Assembly (NCBI GenBank): GCA_965223505.1
Contig: CBDCWP010000039.1
Coordinates: 209,854 to 273,853, forward strand
Source: Planctomycetota bacterium
GTDB taxonomy: Bacteria; Planctomycetota; PLA2; JAEUHO01
DNA: 64,000 bases
Direction of reading: 5' to 3'
The notes beneath the pieces are model-generated. The model was not told where the DNA came from and did no database searches. It worked only from the letters and a program-made list of their open reading frames with translations. A program made the translations under genes and the position numbers. The stretch's first letter is position 1, and each line of letters opens with the position of its first letter. Positions 49,934 to 59,639 of the stretch are shown piece after piece.

Positions 49934-52735
49934 TTGAGCACCGACGACCGAGTCGCCTGCCCGAGCTGCGGGACGCGCTTTCGCGTCGCATCCGCCGACG
50001 TCCCCGAAGGCGGCAAGGGCCTCAAGGCCCGCTGTCGGCAGTGCAAGAACGAGTTTCGGGTGACGAACGTCGGCGGCGCGCTGTCCGTTCGGTCCGAGGC
50101 CGCAGCGGCGCCCGCCGAAGCGCCCCCGGAGCCGGCGAAGAAGAAGGCGGCGTCCCGCAAGCGGGCCGCGCGCAAGCGCAAGCGTGTCGCCACCGCGCCG
50201 CCGGCCGAGAACGACAAGCCGGCGATCGACCCGCGCGTCGGGATGTCGACGGAGGGATTCGACACCGGCGACCGAGCCGGCCGCTACGAGATCGAAGGCG
50301 TGCTCGGCCGCGGCGGCATGGGCACCGTCTATCAGGCCTACGATCCCGCCGCCAACCGGCACGTCGCGTTGAAGATCCTGTCGACCAACACCCATGAGCT
50401 CGACGCCCTTCGGTTCCAGCGCGAGGTCGAGGTCCAGGGCAACATCCAGCACGCCCACATCATGCCGATCTTCGACTCGGGCATGGTGGGCGACCGGCGC
50501 TTCTACACGATGGAGCTTCTGAAGGACCCGCTGGACCTGCGCGCGATCACGTCGATGGCGCGCACAGGCGAGCTTCAGAAGGACCCGCGTTTGCGTTCGT
50601 TGGCGCGCATCGAGGGCATGATCGAGCGCATCATGCTCCCGATCTGCGAGGCCGTGTATCACGCGAACGTGAACGAGGGCGTCCTGCACCGCGACATCAA
50701 GCCCGCCAACGTGCTGCTGGACCGCAAGGGCCTGCGCCCCTGGCTCATCGACTTCGGCGTCTCGACGATCCTCGACAAGAGCAATGCGCGGCTCGCTCAC
50801 CTCGACCGCGAGAATCCGATTCCGCTGAGCGGCACGGGGATCCGCGTGACGGGCACGCTGGCGTTCATGCCGTCGGAGCAGGCGCGGGGCGAGGCGAGCC
50901 GGCGCGGCGACGTCTGGGCGCTTGGCGCCTTGCTGCACTACCTGGTCACCGGTGAGCCGCCGCTCGAGCCCGCGGTGCGACCGCAGGTTCCTCGAGCGGA
51001 GCGCATTCGTGGTCTGAAGATGCTGATCGAGATGGCGCGGCGGGACGGCCGCGACGACGAGATCGCCGAATTCGAGCGCAAGCTGGACGAGATCGAGTCG
51101 GGGAGCGAGCGCACGGTCGAGGACCTTCAGCGCGACGTCTCGCTCGGCCGGTATCAGCAGCGCCCGCAGGGACTGAGCCGCGGGTTGGATGCCATCATCG
51201 AGAAGGCGATGTCGGTGGACACCGCCCGCCGCTATCGACATGCCTTGGAGCTCAAGGGCGATCTCATTGCGTGGCTCCAAGGCCGGCCGGTGCGCGCCCT
51301 GGTCAAGTCGTCCGGCGCGGCCGGGAGCGCTTGGTACCGGACGCGCCTCTACCTACGACGCCATCGCACCGGACTCCTCGCGCTCGGCGCCATCGCCTTG
51401 GCCGTGTTGGCGGTGGTCTTCTGGCCGTCGTCCGACGGCCGCGACATCGAAGCGGAGGTCGCGAAGCAGCTCGACGCCGCCTACGCCCACGAAGCCGCGG
51501 GTCGAATCGTCGATGCGCGCAACGCGGGCAAGGAAGCGCTGGTCCTCGATCCACGCAACGAAGACGTGTTCGCGCTGCTCCAGCGCCTCGACCGCGCGAC
51601 CCGGCTCTTGATCGACTTCGAGCGCGCACGCGCGTTGCGCAAGGAAGCCGCGACGGCGTTCGCCGCGAACGAGACGGACACCGCGCTTGGCAAGCTGGCG
51701 GCGCTCGACGAAGTCCTGCGGGAACGGATTCTTCCGGTGCTGCCGGGGACCGCGCCAAAGGAGCGCCACGCCGAAGCCGAAGCGCTGCTGGCCTTCGCGA
51801 GAGCCGAGCAGCCGCTCGTCGTCACGAACGCGCCGCCGAACGCCGCATACTTCCTGATTCCGGTTCTCGGAAGCGTCGGACCGACGCGCTGGGACGAGGC
51901 GCGCGAGCTCACGACCACGGACGGACAGCTCGTCGACGCCCGTGTTCGGTTCGGCAAGTGGATCCTGCGCATCCAAGCCGGCGAGGGCGAGGTGCTCGTT
52001 CCGTTCGAAGCCGACCCCGGCGCGCAGGGCGTGACGCTCGCGTGCCCGTTCGATCCGTCCAAGCTCGACGGCGGCACTCGCTACGTCGGCGCGGGGCGCC
52101 CGCGCTGTCCGCTCGGCGTGGTTCCGGTGACGGCCCTGCTCTGGGACCGCACCGAGGTGACCGTGGAGCGCTACGCGCGGTTCCTGGACACGCTCGCGCC
52201 GGAGGAACGTCGCCGCCGCGTACCGCGCGTCGCCGGTGTGCTCGGCGCGCCCGAGCGCGTGCTCTGGGAACGTGACGGGGATCGCTTCAAGCCGCCGGCG
52301 GGGGCGTTGCGACTGCCGGTGGACGGCATCTCGCTCTACGACGCGCGGGCCTTCGCGCGCTGGGAGAAGAAGCGTTTGCCGACCGCGGCGGAGTGGAGCT
52401 GGGCGGCGACCGGTCCCGATGGACGCCTGTGCGCCGTCGGTCCCATCGAAGACCTCTGGAACGATACGGCGCACGTGGGCCGGCCGAGCGACGGCGTCGG
52501 CAGCATCGGCGTCATGTCGGCCGACCAAAGCCCGTTCGGTCTGCTCGACATGGCCGGCAACGTCGCCGAGCTCACGTCCACCCTGACGACGCTCGACGGC
52601 GTGAACGGTTGGATCGTGATGGGGGGCTCGTACCTCGAAGGCCCAGCGCGCGCGATCGTGACCAACGGCCGCACCGTGCCCGGATGGCTGCCGCTGCAGG
52701 GCGTCGGGTTTCGCTGCGTGCGCGACGCCGAATGA
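49934..52735 (+). CDS. Ser/Thr protein kinase with an N-terminal zinc-ribbon and a C-terminal FGE-sulfatase (SUMF1-like) domain.
   Basis: TTG start after GGAGGA. Zn ribbon: CPSCGTRFRV…CRQCKNEFRV. Kinase: GRGGMGTVYQA…ALK…HRDIKPANVLL…DFG. C-terminal: …LPTAAEWSWAATG… and …MAGNVAELTS…. Confidence 0.75.
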   Translation: MSTDDRVACPSCGTRFRVASADVPEGGKGLKARCRQCKNEFRVTNVGGALSVRSEAAAAPAEAPPEPAKKKAASRKRAARKRKRVATAPPAENDKPAIDPRVGMSTEGFDTGDRAGRYEIEGVLGRGGMGTVYQAYDPAANRHVALKILSTNTHELDALRFQREVEVQGNIQHAHIMPIFDSGMVGDRRFYTMELLKDPLDLRAITSMARTGELQKDPRLRSLARIEGMIERIMLPICEAVYHANVNEGVLHRDIKPANVLLDRKGLRPWLIDFGVSTILDKSNARLAHLDRENPIPLSGTGIRVTGTLAFMPSEQARGEASRRGDVWALGALLHYLVTGEPPLEPAVRPQVPRAERIRGLKMLIEMARRDGRDDEIAEFERKLDEIESGSERTVEDLQRDVSLGRYQQRPQGLSRGLDAIIEKAMSVDTARRYRHALELKGDLIAWLQGRPVRALVKSSGAAGSAWYRTRLYLRRHRTGLLALGAIALAVLAVVFWPSSDGRDIEAEVAKQLDAAYAHEAAGRIVDARNAGKEALVLDPRNEDVFALLQRLDRATRLLIDFERARALRKEAATAFAANETDTALGKLAALDEVLRERILPVLPGTAPKERHAEAEALLAFARAEQPLVVTNAPPNAAYFLIPVLGSVGPTRWDEARELTTTDGQLVDARVRFGKWILRIQAGEGEVLVPFEADPGAQGVTLACPFDPSKLDGGTRYVGAGRPRCPLGVVPVTALLWDRTEVTVERYARFLDTLAPEERRRRVPRVAGVLGAPERVLWERDGDRFKPPAGALRLPVDGISLYDARAFARWEKKRLPTAAEWSWAATGPDGRLCAVGPIEDLWNDTAHVGRPSDGVGSIGVMSADQSPFGLLDMAGNVAELTSTLTTLDGVNGWIVMGGSYLEGPARAIVTNGRTVPGWLPLQGVGFRCVRDAE

Positions 52736-52798
52736 GGTGGAAGGGCGGCGCTCGCGCACCGCCCTTCCGTGTTCGAGGTTCGTCAGCCTGTCTACGCC

Positions 52799-54865
52799 TC
52801 AGATGATCGTCAACACCTCGGCCATCAGGTCGCAGTGTGCGCGGTAGTTGACGTTCTTGCTGATGCGGGCGAGCGACGGGATCGACTCGAGGTCCCCGAT
52901 GACGCCCAGACCCGCGCAAGCCAGCGCGCGTGTCAGTCCCTGCTCCTTGGGGTTGCGCAGGAGCATCTCCATCGGCTCGACGGCGCGCTCGTCGCCGATC
53001 TTCGCGAGCGCCAGAACGACCTGGCCCTTCACGCTCTGGCTACGCGCGTTCTGCAGCTCCTCGAGCAGGAGATTGACGGCTTCGCTGTCGCGCAGAAGCC
53101 CCAGCGCCGTCGCGCACTGCACGCGCATCTCCTCGGAGCGGCGTTCCTTCATGGCCTTGCGGATCGCGACGAGCGAGTCCTTGCGCGCGTAGCCGATCAG
53201 GCCGAGGCCGAGCGCCGCGTAGCCGCGCAGCTGGTGGTCGCCGTTCCGGTCGGCCACGATCTCGGTCAGCGCCTTGACGCTGCGCTTGTCGCGGCCGATG
53301 CCGAGCGCGGTCGCGAACGCCGCGCGCCGGCGGGTGTCGAGCTTTTTGCTCGTCAGCCCGGAGCGCAACGCGTCCAGGTACTGCTGGCGCAGCTCGCCGT
53401 ACGCGATGATGTCGGCCTCTTCGCCGATCTCCCGAACGATGAGGGCGGTCGCCATCGCACCGTAGGGGCGTTCGGCGTACTTGCCGTCCTCGCACATCTC
53501 GAGCAGATACGTCTCCGCCTGCGTGCCGTCGATGACGTCGGTCTTGTTGGCCTTCACGTCTTCGTTGATGCAGTACGCCAGGCTGATCATGGCGAAGTTG
53601 CGCGCACCGATGTCCTTCACCCGCTTCTTCGAAGCCAGCAGGCTCTCGGCGACCGCAACGCGGTCCGCGCCCGTCACCAGACGGCTCATGACGCCCAGGC
53701 CGATCGCGGCCGAGCGCTGGATGACCGGGCTCTTGCCGCGACCGCTCAGCAGCGCGCCGCGTAGCACCGGGATGTCGCTCGTGTTGCCGATGCGGCCGAG
53801 GGTCAGCGCGGCGTAGGAGCGCACGAGCTCGCTCGCGTCGAGCGTGTACAGGCGCCCGCGCATCACGCAGTCGTGCAGGACCTTGCGTTGGTTCTCGTCG
53901 ACGCTGTCGCCGCTCTGCATGCCGATCGCCATCAGCAACCCGATGGGGAGATCCTCCTGGCTGTAGCGCGACTTGAGCGCCTCGAACAGCTGGGCCGTGG
54001 TGGCCTTGGCGGCGCCGCGCGCGTCGCTCGCGTACGTTCCGGAGCCCGTGGGCTGATCGCCGAGGAGACCGATCGACAACGCGGCCATGCCGCGCGTGCG
54101 AGTCGGGTACTCGTCGTCGGCGAACACCTCGAACAGGAACGCGCGCACGCGGTCGAGCTCGGACGCGCTCAGCTGCTCTGTCGGATCGGCGCGTCGCAAG
54201 AGACCGAGGCCCAGCGCCGCGCTCTCCATCACGATGTTGTGGTGGTTCATCCGCAGATCCAGGCCCTTCTTGACGTGCTCGATGTGAACCGGGCCCCGCG
54301 CGACCTTGGCGAGCGCGATGTAGGCCGCCGACTCGACGTCGGCGTTCCCCGCGTTCTTCGGATCCATGGCCCACAGAAGCGCCGGGATGATGGTGGACTT
54401 CACCTTCGCGCGAATCTCGTGGGTGTTGTCCGGCCGGTTGCCCGCGCCGCGGTCACCCGCGTCTTGGAGGATGCTGCCCGTGTTGACGCCGAAGTAGATC
54501 GCGTCCTTCAGGAACTCGATGTCCGAGTTGTTGTGCGCGTACCAGAAGCTGAAGTCGTCGTACGTGAGCGCGCGGCTGGAGCGCGGGCGCCCGCCGACCG
54601 GTGCCCCGGTGATCGGCGGCGTACCGGCGGGGGTCGGCGTACTCGTGGGGTTCGGATTGCTGCCCCCCGTCGACGGCGTTCCGGGCGTGACGGGCGGCCC
54701 CGGCGAGACCGGAGGCGGCGGGGGCGGCGTGGGGTCGTGCGGCTCGCGCATTCGCGGCGGCACGCTGCCGCCGGGGCCGCGGAACTGGCCGCCATGGGCC
54801 CACGCGTCGGTTGCGATCAGGCTCAGCGCCAATAGGCCGAGCAACGTCACGGATAGCAGTCTCAT
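52799..54865 (-). CDS. Secreted PBS-lyase/HEAT-repeat protein, paralog of 55179-57008.
   Basis: GAGGAGAAG SD. Signal peptide MRLLSVTLLGLLALSLIATDAWA, followed directly by HGGQFRGPGG and a Pro-rich linker. Many …ALGLLG/…AAxALG… HEAT-like repeats. Confidence 0.7.
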   Translation of the reverse strand: MRLLSVTLLGLLALSLIATDAWAHGGQFRGPGGSVPPRMREPHDPTPPPPPPVSPGPPVTPGTPSTGGSNPNPTSTPTPAGTPPITGAPVGGRPRSSRALTYDDFSFWYAHNNSDIEFLKDAIYFGVNTGSILQDAGDRGAGNRPDNTHEIRAKVKSTIIPALLWAMDPKNAGNADVESAAYIALAKVARGPVHIEHVKKGLDLRMNHHNIVMESAALGLGLLRRADPTEQLSASELDRVRAFLFEVFADDEYPTRTRGMAALSIGLLGDQPTGSGTYASDARGAAKATTAQLFEALKSRYSQEDLPIGLLMAIGMQSGDSVDENQRKVLHDCVMRGRLYTLDASELVRSYAALTLGRIGNTSDIPVLRGALLSGRGKSPVIQRSAAIGLGVMSRLVTGADRVAVAESLLASKKRVKDIGARNFAMISLAYCINEDVKANKTDVIDGTQAETYLLEMCEDGKYAERPYGAMATALIVREIGEEADIIAYGELRQQYLDALRSGLTSKKLDTRRRAAFATALGIGRDKRSVKALTEIVADRNGDHQLRGYAALGLGLIGYARKDSLVAIRKAMKERRSEEMRVQCATALGLLRDSEAVNLLLEELQNARSQSVKGQVVLALAKIGDERAVEPMEMLLRNPKEQGLTRALACAGLGVIGDLESIPSLARISKNVNYRAHCDLMAEVLTII

Positions 54866-55178
54866 CGTCTTCTTCTCCTCGTTTCGTAGCGCAAAGGCCG
54901 GACGTCGCCCACCGCGTCCGGCGACCTGCAAGTCGCACAGCCGGTGCCGATCGCCGGGCGGCCCTGACGAATGAGGACGTGCGCGACACGGTCGTGCGGT
55001 CTTCGTTTCCCGTAGGTTCCGCCGTTCCGACACACGTGTGTCGTGGTCGATGCGCTCGCCGTCGATCGACGGCGAGCTGCCTCGCCGAGAGCGCTACCCG
55101 TACGTAGCAATCGGGCGATCAGGGAACGTTCTCGCGGCCGGTGGGGGTGCTACGTCGCGGTAGCGTGTCCGCCTGGCG

Positions 55179-57008
55179 CTACAGCAATGAGAAGAGCTCG
55201 TTGACGACGTCGGTCGAAGCGCGGTAGTTGCCGCCCGCGGTGACGATCGCGTACGGAGACGGCTCCTCCCGGGCGCACGCGAGGCCCAGCGCAGAGATCG
55301 CGACGGCGCGCGTGAGATCCTGTTGACCGTCGTCGACGGCGAGCTCGATCAGCTGAGACACGGCTTGATCGTCGCGCATGCGCGCGAGCGCGCGTCCGGC
55401 CTCGCCCTTCACCACGTGCGATCGGGCTTCCTCCAGCTCCTTCAGGAGGAGCGCTCTCGACGTCGCGCTCGGAAACGAGGACAACGCGCTCGCCGCCAGG
55501 ACGCGCAACCACTCGTTGCGTCGCTCCTTCACGGTCGCCTCCAACGCCGACCCGATGTCGGCCGGCGGCTTCGACGCGTACGAGAGCGCGAGCGCCGCGT
55601 ACCCGCGCAGCGAGTGCTCCCGCTTGGGATCACGGAGGATCGCCGCGAGCGCCGGGAGCGATGCCTCGTCGTCGGCGATCCCCAATGCGACCGCGAAGGC
55701 GTTCTGGCGGCGCGGGTCCAGCTTCTTGGTCGTCAATCCCATCCGCAGCGTCGCGATCGACGCCTTGTGTCGTTGCGCGAAGCGCGCCTGGTTGCCCGCC
55801 TCCCGGAGGAAGAGCGAAAGCGCCAGGGCGGCGTGGGGCCGGTTGAGGTAGTGCCCGTTCCGGGCGATCTCGACCAGATGATCGACCGCCTCCGCGTCGA
55901 AGGTGGCCGCCTTGGTGCGCGCAGCATGCGCTGACAGCACACCCAGGCTCATCAGCGCGAAGTTGTTCGTCGTCAGGTCCCGTGTCTTGAGGTGGCTGTC
56001 GATGAGCCCCTTCGCGATCCGGCTTCGTCCCTTGGCGGAGACGTGCCGGCTGAGCGTCCCCAGCGCCACGGCGGCGCTGCGGCGAATGGTCCGATCCCCG
56101 CGACGGCTCCCGATCCGGCGTAGCAGGGGGGTGATGTCGTCCTCCGTACCCAGCGAACCGAGCGCCAGGGCGATGTAGCTCGCCGAGACGCTCGTGAAGG
56201 TCGAAGGGGTCGAGCGACGGCGGTGTTCCCGCATCCACGCGCGTAGTTGCTCGCGCTGCGGCTCCGTGATCGAGCTGCGGGGTTGCGACCGCAAAGCCAA
56301 CAGCAGTCCGATGTAGAGGTCCGGGTAGGGATAGCCGTCGCGATCGAGTCGATCGAACAGCCGCGCCGTCGTCTTGGCCGCGTCGCCCGTGGGCTGGTCG
56401 CCCAACATGCCGATGGCGATCGCCGCGAATGCCCGTGCGCGACCCTGGAAGTCGCCGTCGTCGAAGATCCCGAACAGGAATTGGCGAACGCCGTCGAGCG
56501 TGGCCGCGTCGAGCTGGTGCGCGGGATCGTCGCGGCGCAGCAGACCCAGCGACAGGGCCGCCGCCTCGAGCACAATCACGTCGTACATCTTGTGCTTGGC
56601 TCTCTTCTCGAGGCCTTCTTTCAAGAGCTCGATGTCGGACGCATCGCGTCGAGGCATCCGAGCGAACGCGAGAAATGCCGCCGACTGCGTGTCCTGATGA
56701 CCGGCCGCCTTCGCGTCCGACATCAACCGGAGGGTCGCCGCGCGCGCTCTCTCGAGCGTTTCGGCCTTCAGCGCGGGACGCGGCTCCTCGCGAACGCGCC
56801 GCTCGATGGGCTCGACGTTGTAGTGCAACCAGAACGGCCAGTCGTCGAACGTCATGCTGCGCGGGCTGTGCCCGGCGCCCGGCGGCACCATGCCGCCGGG
56901 ACCGCGGAAGCGACCCCCGTGCGCGTGTGCGTCCGCCGCAAAGAGTGAGAGCGCCCATGCGACGAGCACGACGCGTCGCATCACCACCGCGGTCTTCGAT
57001 CCCTGCAT
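55179..57008 (-). CDS. Secreted PBS-lyase/HEAT-repeat protein, paralog of 52799-54865.
   Basis: The signal peptide (…MRRVVLVAWALSLFAADAHA) is followed by HGGRFRGPGG. The start is at 57008 or 56981. The 127-bp tandem repeats lie immediately 5' of the gene. Confidence 0.65.
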   Translation of the reverse strand: MQGSKTAVVMRRVVLVAWALSLFAADAHAHGGRFRGPGGMVPPGAGHSPRSMTFDDWPFWLHYNVEPIERRVREEPRPALKAETLERARAATLRLMSDAKAAGHQDTQSAAFLAFARMPRRDASDIELLKEGLEKRAKHKMYDVIVLEAAALSLGLLRRDDPAHQLDAATLDGVRQFLFGIFDDGDFQGRARAFAAIAIGMLGDQPTGDAAKTTARLFDRLDRDGYPYPDLYIGLLLALRSQPRSSITEPQREQLRAWMREHRRRSTPSTFTSVSASYIALALGSLGTEDDITPLLRRIGSRRGDRTIRRSAAVALGTLSRHVSAKGRSRIAKGLIDSHLKTRDLTTNNFALMSLGVLSAHAARTKAATFDAEAVDHLVEIARNGHYLNRPHAALALSLFLREAGNQARFAQRHKASIATLRMGLTTKKLDPRRQNAFAVALGIADDEASLPALAAILRDPKREHSLRGYAALALSYASKPPADIGSALEATVKERRNEWLRVLAASALSSFPSATSRALLLKELEEARSHVVKGEAGRALARMRDDQAVSQLIELAVDDGQQDLTRAVAISALGLACAREEPSPYAIVTAGGNYRASTDVVNELFSLL

Positions 57009-57061
57009 GCCCCGCACGCCGCACCTCGCGTGCCACTCTGGCCACGTGTGTCGAACGCAGG

Positions 57062-57540
57062 CGTTCTTCGTTGCGGTCTTTCGAGGGGCGAGGAAGCGTC
57101 CTCGTGATGTAGGTGCGATGCGAGCGAGGACGCGGACGCTCACCCTTCGGAGGGGGGCCTGGGGGCACGTGCGGAGTGGGCCTTGAACCTCGATGGAGAC
57201 GTTCTTCGTTGCGGTCCTTCGAGTGCCGCGAGGAAGCGTCCTCGTGATGTAGGCGCGATGCGGAGCAAGGACGCGGGCGCTCACCCTTTAGAGGGGGTCC
57301 TGGGGGCAGCGCCCCCAGAGTGGAGACGTTCTCCGCCGGGGTCTTTCGAGCGCCGCGAGGAAGCGTCCTCGTGATGTAGGCGCGATGCGGAGCAAGGACG
57401 CGGGCGCTCACCCTTGAGAGGGGGTCCTGGGGGCAGCGCCCCGAGTGGAGACGTTCTCCGCCGGGGTCTTTCGAGCGCCGCGAGGAAGCGTCCTCGTGAT
57501 GTAGGCGCGATGCGGAGCAAGGACGCGGGCGCTCAGGCTT
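57062..57540. repeat. Four tandem copies (137, 128, 125 and ~89 bp) of a hairpin-rich ~127-bp repeat element.
   Basis: Unit: cgttct(t/c)cg…tttcgag.gccgcgaggaagcgtcctcgtgatgtaggcgcgatgcggagcaaggacgcgggcgctcaccctt.gagggggg.cctgggggca.cgcccc…gagtggaga. Internal palindromes are gaggaagcgtcctc and ctgggggcagcgcccccag. Confidence 0.85.
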
Positions 57541-57612
57541 TGGACGCTAGTTGGAGTACTTAGGGAAGAAAAGGGCAGGTAGTTCAGCTTCAGAACCACC
57601 TCCTCCTTCCCG

Positions 57613-57870
57613 ATGCGGATGTCGACACTCGATGACAGAATCGAGACCCTTACTCTGCGCCAAACAGAAGCTGAAGAGCGAGCGACGCATGAGATCTGGA
57701 AGTCGCGGGAGCTGAACAAGTCCGGTGACACTGATGCCGGGAAGTCCGCTGAGGAGCGCGCCCAAGAACTCCTTGCCGATGTGAAGCGCATTGGGGCTGA
57801 GATTGACGAAGCGCTTGATGAACGCAGCAAAGTCAAGCGACTTCTCGCCTCGTTGGGCGAGTCCCCATAG
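57613..57870 (+). CDS. Possible small coiled-coil protein of 85 aa.
   Basis: Charged helical ORF; no SD seen. Confidence 0.25.
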   Translation: MRMSTLDDRIETLTLRQTEAEERATHEIWKSRELNKSGDTDAGKSAEERAQELLADVKRIGAEIDEALDERSKVKRLLASLGESP

Positions 57871-58393
57871 CGCTTCGGCTGAAGGGACCCCATGCGTGGC
57901 CCGCGTCGTTTACGGCACTGGATCATCCAACAGCTCTAGGCGCCTAGCTGCTAGCTGTGAGATTGGGACGCTTCGGACGCTTCGCATACGACGCAGTCTT
58001 GAGACGTCTGACCACCTGGCTACAGTCCGAACGTGGTCGCGTCAGTAGTTTCTCGAACTCGTTCGAGCTCTACCCAGTGTCTGTCTTGCAACTGCTCTTG
58101 GTGGAATGGCTGCTGGCGCGCCACACCCACTTCCCGGACTTTGGTTTCTCAGATTTGGTCTTGACGGCCCCAAGCGCCTGAATACCGTGGAGCTTGCAAG
58201 ACAGACACGGCTAGCTGGGAGCTAGAGCGTTCGAGGGGGACTGGGGTTCTCTTCGCGGCGACTTGTGCGCCGGCGGCCACTTCGGCCATTCGTGAAGTCG
58301 ATGCTGCAACCGCTGCACATCGACGCGGGATGGTCATTGGAAAGACATGTTGGCGAGAGCGGCCTCGAGAGCGTTGCCGAAAGCGCAGCGACG

Positions 58394-58855
58394 ATGGAGA
58401 CACTGAGCGTGTCGCCGATCGCATACCCCAGCCAGCAAGACCAGCTTCGGCATGGGCACTCCAACTCCTTCGGCCGTCCGCCTCTGACGTTGCTCAAGAA
58501 CTTTCCCTATGCCGCGGACCTCGTTCAGCCTTTTCGCACGAAGTGGGTCCCTGTTGACTCCGAGTTTCAGTTCGCGACAGTGCACGTCCATTGCCAGACG
58601 CTCTTTCCCGCAACGTTGCCTTCGCCGGGCGTAACGATCGGCGTGTTCACTTCATTCGATACCGTCGAGTTCACTTCATTCGATACCGTCGAGTTCTATC
58701 TGATCGGAACGTCAGTCAACGTGACGGGGACGGGCTCTCAAAGTGTCCCCGTAACGACAGATCTTGGCCCAATGGTGCGCGTGGAGATCGCGAATGGTGC
58801 AACTGTGCCCGTCTTCGCCACGCTCAGTGTTTGGCTGCAACCCAAGAGTACCTAG
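58394..58855 (+). CDS. Member 1 of the tandem small-protein paralog family; the start is uncertain and the gene has an internal 24-nt tandem duplication.
   Basis: The C-terminal 125 aa align with members 2-4: LLKNF…HVHCQT…FDTVE…SVWLQPK. The only in-frame ATG is at 58394, which gives a 28-aa N-terminal extension. Confidence 0.45.
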   Translation: METLSVSPIAYPSQQDQLRHGHSNSFGRPPLTLLKNFPYAADLVQPFRTKWVPVDSEFQFATVHVHCQTLFPATLPSPGVTIGVFTSFDTVEFTSFDTVEFYLIGTSVNVTGTGSQSVPVTTDLGPMVRVEIANGATVPVFATLSVWLQPKST

Positions 58856-58871
58856 TCGAAGAGCAAGGGAG

Positions 58872-59234
58872 ATGAGTATGGGACCGCTAGTATTGGCAAA
58901 GAACTTTCCCGCCGTCGTGGATGAGAATCAGACATTCGTCAGTGATTGGCTCCCCATGGACAGCGAGTTCCAGAACGGAACCATCCACGTCCATTGCCAG
59001 ACGATCTCGCCGAACTCGGGCGTTACGACGGGATTCGAAGTCCAGGTCGAGACGTCCTACGACACAGTCGAGTCGAACCAGATCGGGACGACGATCAATG
59101 TGATCGCAACAGGCAGCTCCAACTCTGCGATCAGCGCCAACATCGCCGCGATGGTGCGCCTGAAGATCGAGAACTCCGAGACCTTCCCGATGTTCGGCAT
59201 CCTGAGCGTGTGGCTCCAGCCCAAGAGCGAATAG
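58872..59234 (+). CDS. Member 2 of the tandem small-protein paralog family (~120 aa).
   Basis: AAGGGAG SD. Product: MSMGPLVLAKNF…IHVHCQT…YDTVESNQIGTTI…VRLKIEN…ILSVWLQPKSE. Confidence 0.6.
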   Translation: MSMGPLVLAKNFPAVVDENQTFVSDWLPMDSEFQNGTIHVHCQTISPNSGVTTGFEVQVETSYDTVESNQIGTTINVIATGSSNSAISANIAAMVRLKIENSETFPMFGILSVWLQPKSE

Positions 59235-59254
59235 TTCGCCGGAGGGCTCGGTAG

Positions 59255-59614
59255 ATGGCGCCGATCGTTTTAGCCAAGAACTTCTCATTCGTTGCAGCCT
59301 CCGGGCAGACGCTGCTTGGCGACTGGATCTTCATTGGGGATCTGAGTGAGTTTCAGAACGCGAACGTTCACGTGCACAGCCAGACGCTATCGCCGTCAGG
59401 CGGAGTCTCGGGTCTTGCGGTGGATGTGCGCAGCTCATTCGATCGAGTCGAGAGCTATCAAGTTGGAGGGAGCGTCTCTGTGACTCTCCCTGGCAGTTAC
59501 GACCAGACCATCTCCGCCAATCTCGCTGATTACGTGCGACTGGCCCTTACGAACAACACGGGTGGATTGCTCATCGGGATCGTCAGCGTGTGGCTGCAGA
59601 TGAAGGCAGAGTAA
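59255..59614 (+). CDS. Member 3 of the tandem small-protein paralog family.
   Basis: GGAGGG SD. Product: MAPIVLAKNF…VHVHSQT…FDRVESYQVG…VRLALTN…VSVWLQMKAE. Confidence 0.6.
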   Translation: MAPIVLAKNFSFVAASGQTLLGDWIFIGDLSEFQNANVHVHSQTLSPSGGVSGLAVDVRSSFDRVESYQVGGSVSVTLPGSYDQTISANLADYVRLALTNNTGGLLIGIVSVWLQMKAE

Positions 59615-59639
59615 GGTTTGAGAGAGAAGGGCTTGGAAG

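Noticed and set aside
55630-57411. ORFs beginning MSARVLAPHRAYITRTLPRG… (55179 upstream part, 55630-57411, 63595-63990).
   Set aside because: These are translations of the 127-bp repeat element copies, not conserved proteins. They disappear when the repeat is treated as non-coding.
57062-57540. Possibility that the tandem repeats are a CRISPR array.
   Set aside because: The repeats abut each other with no unique spacers, the unit is ~127 bp, and there are no cas genes nearby.
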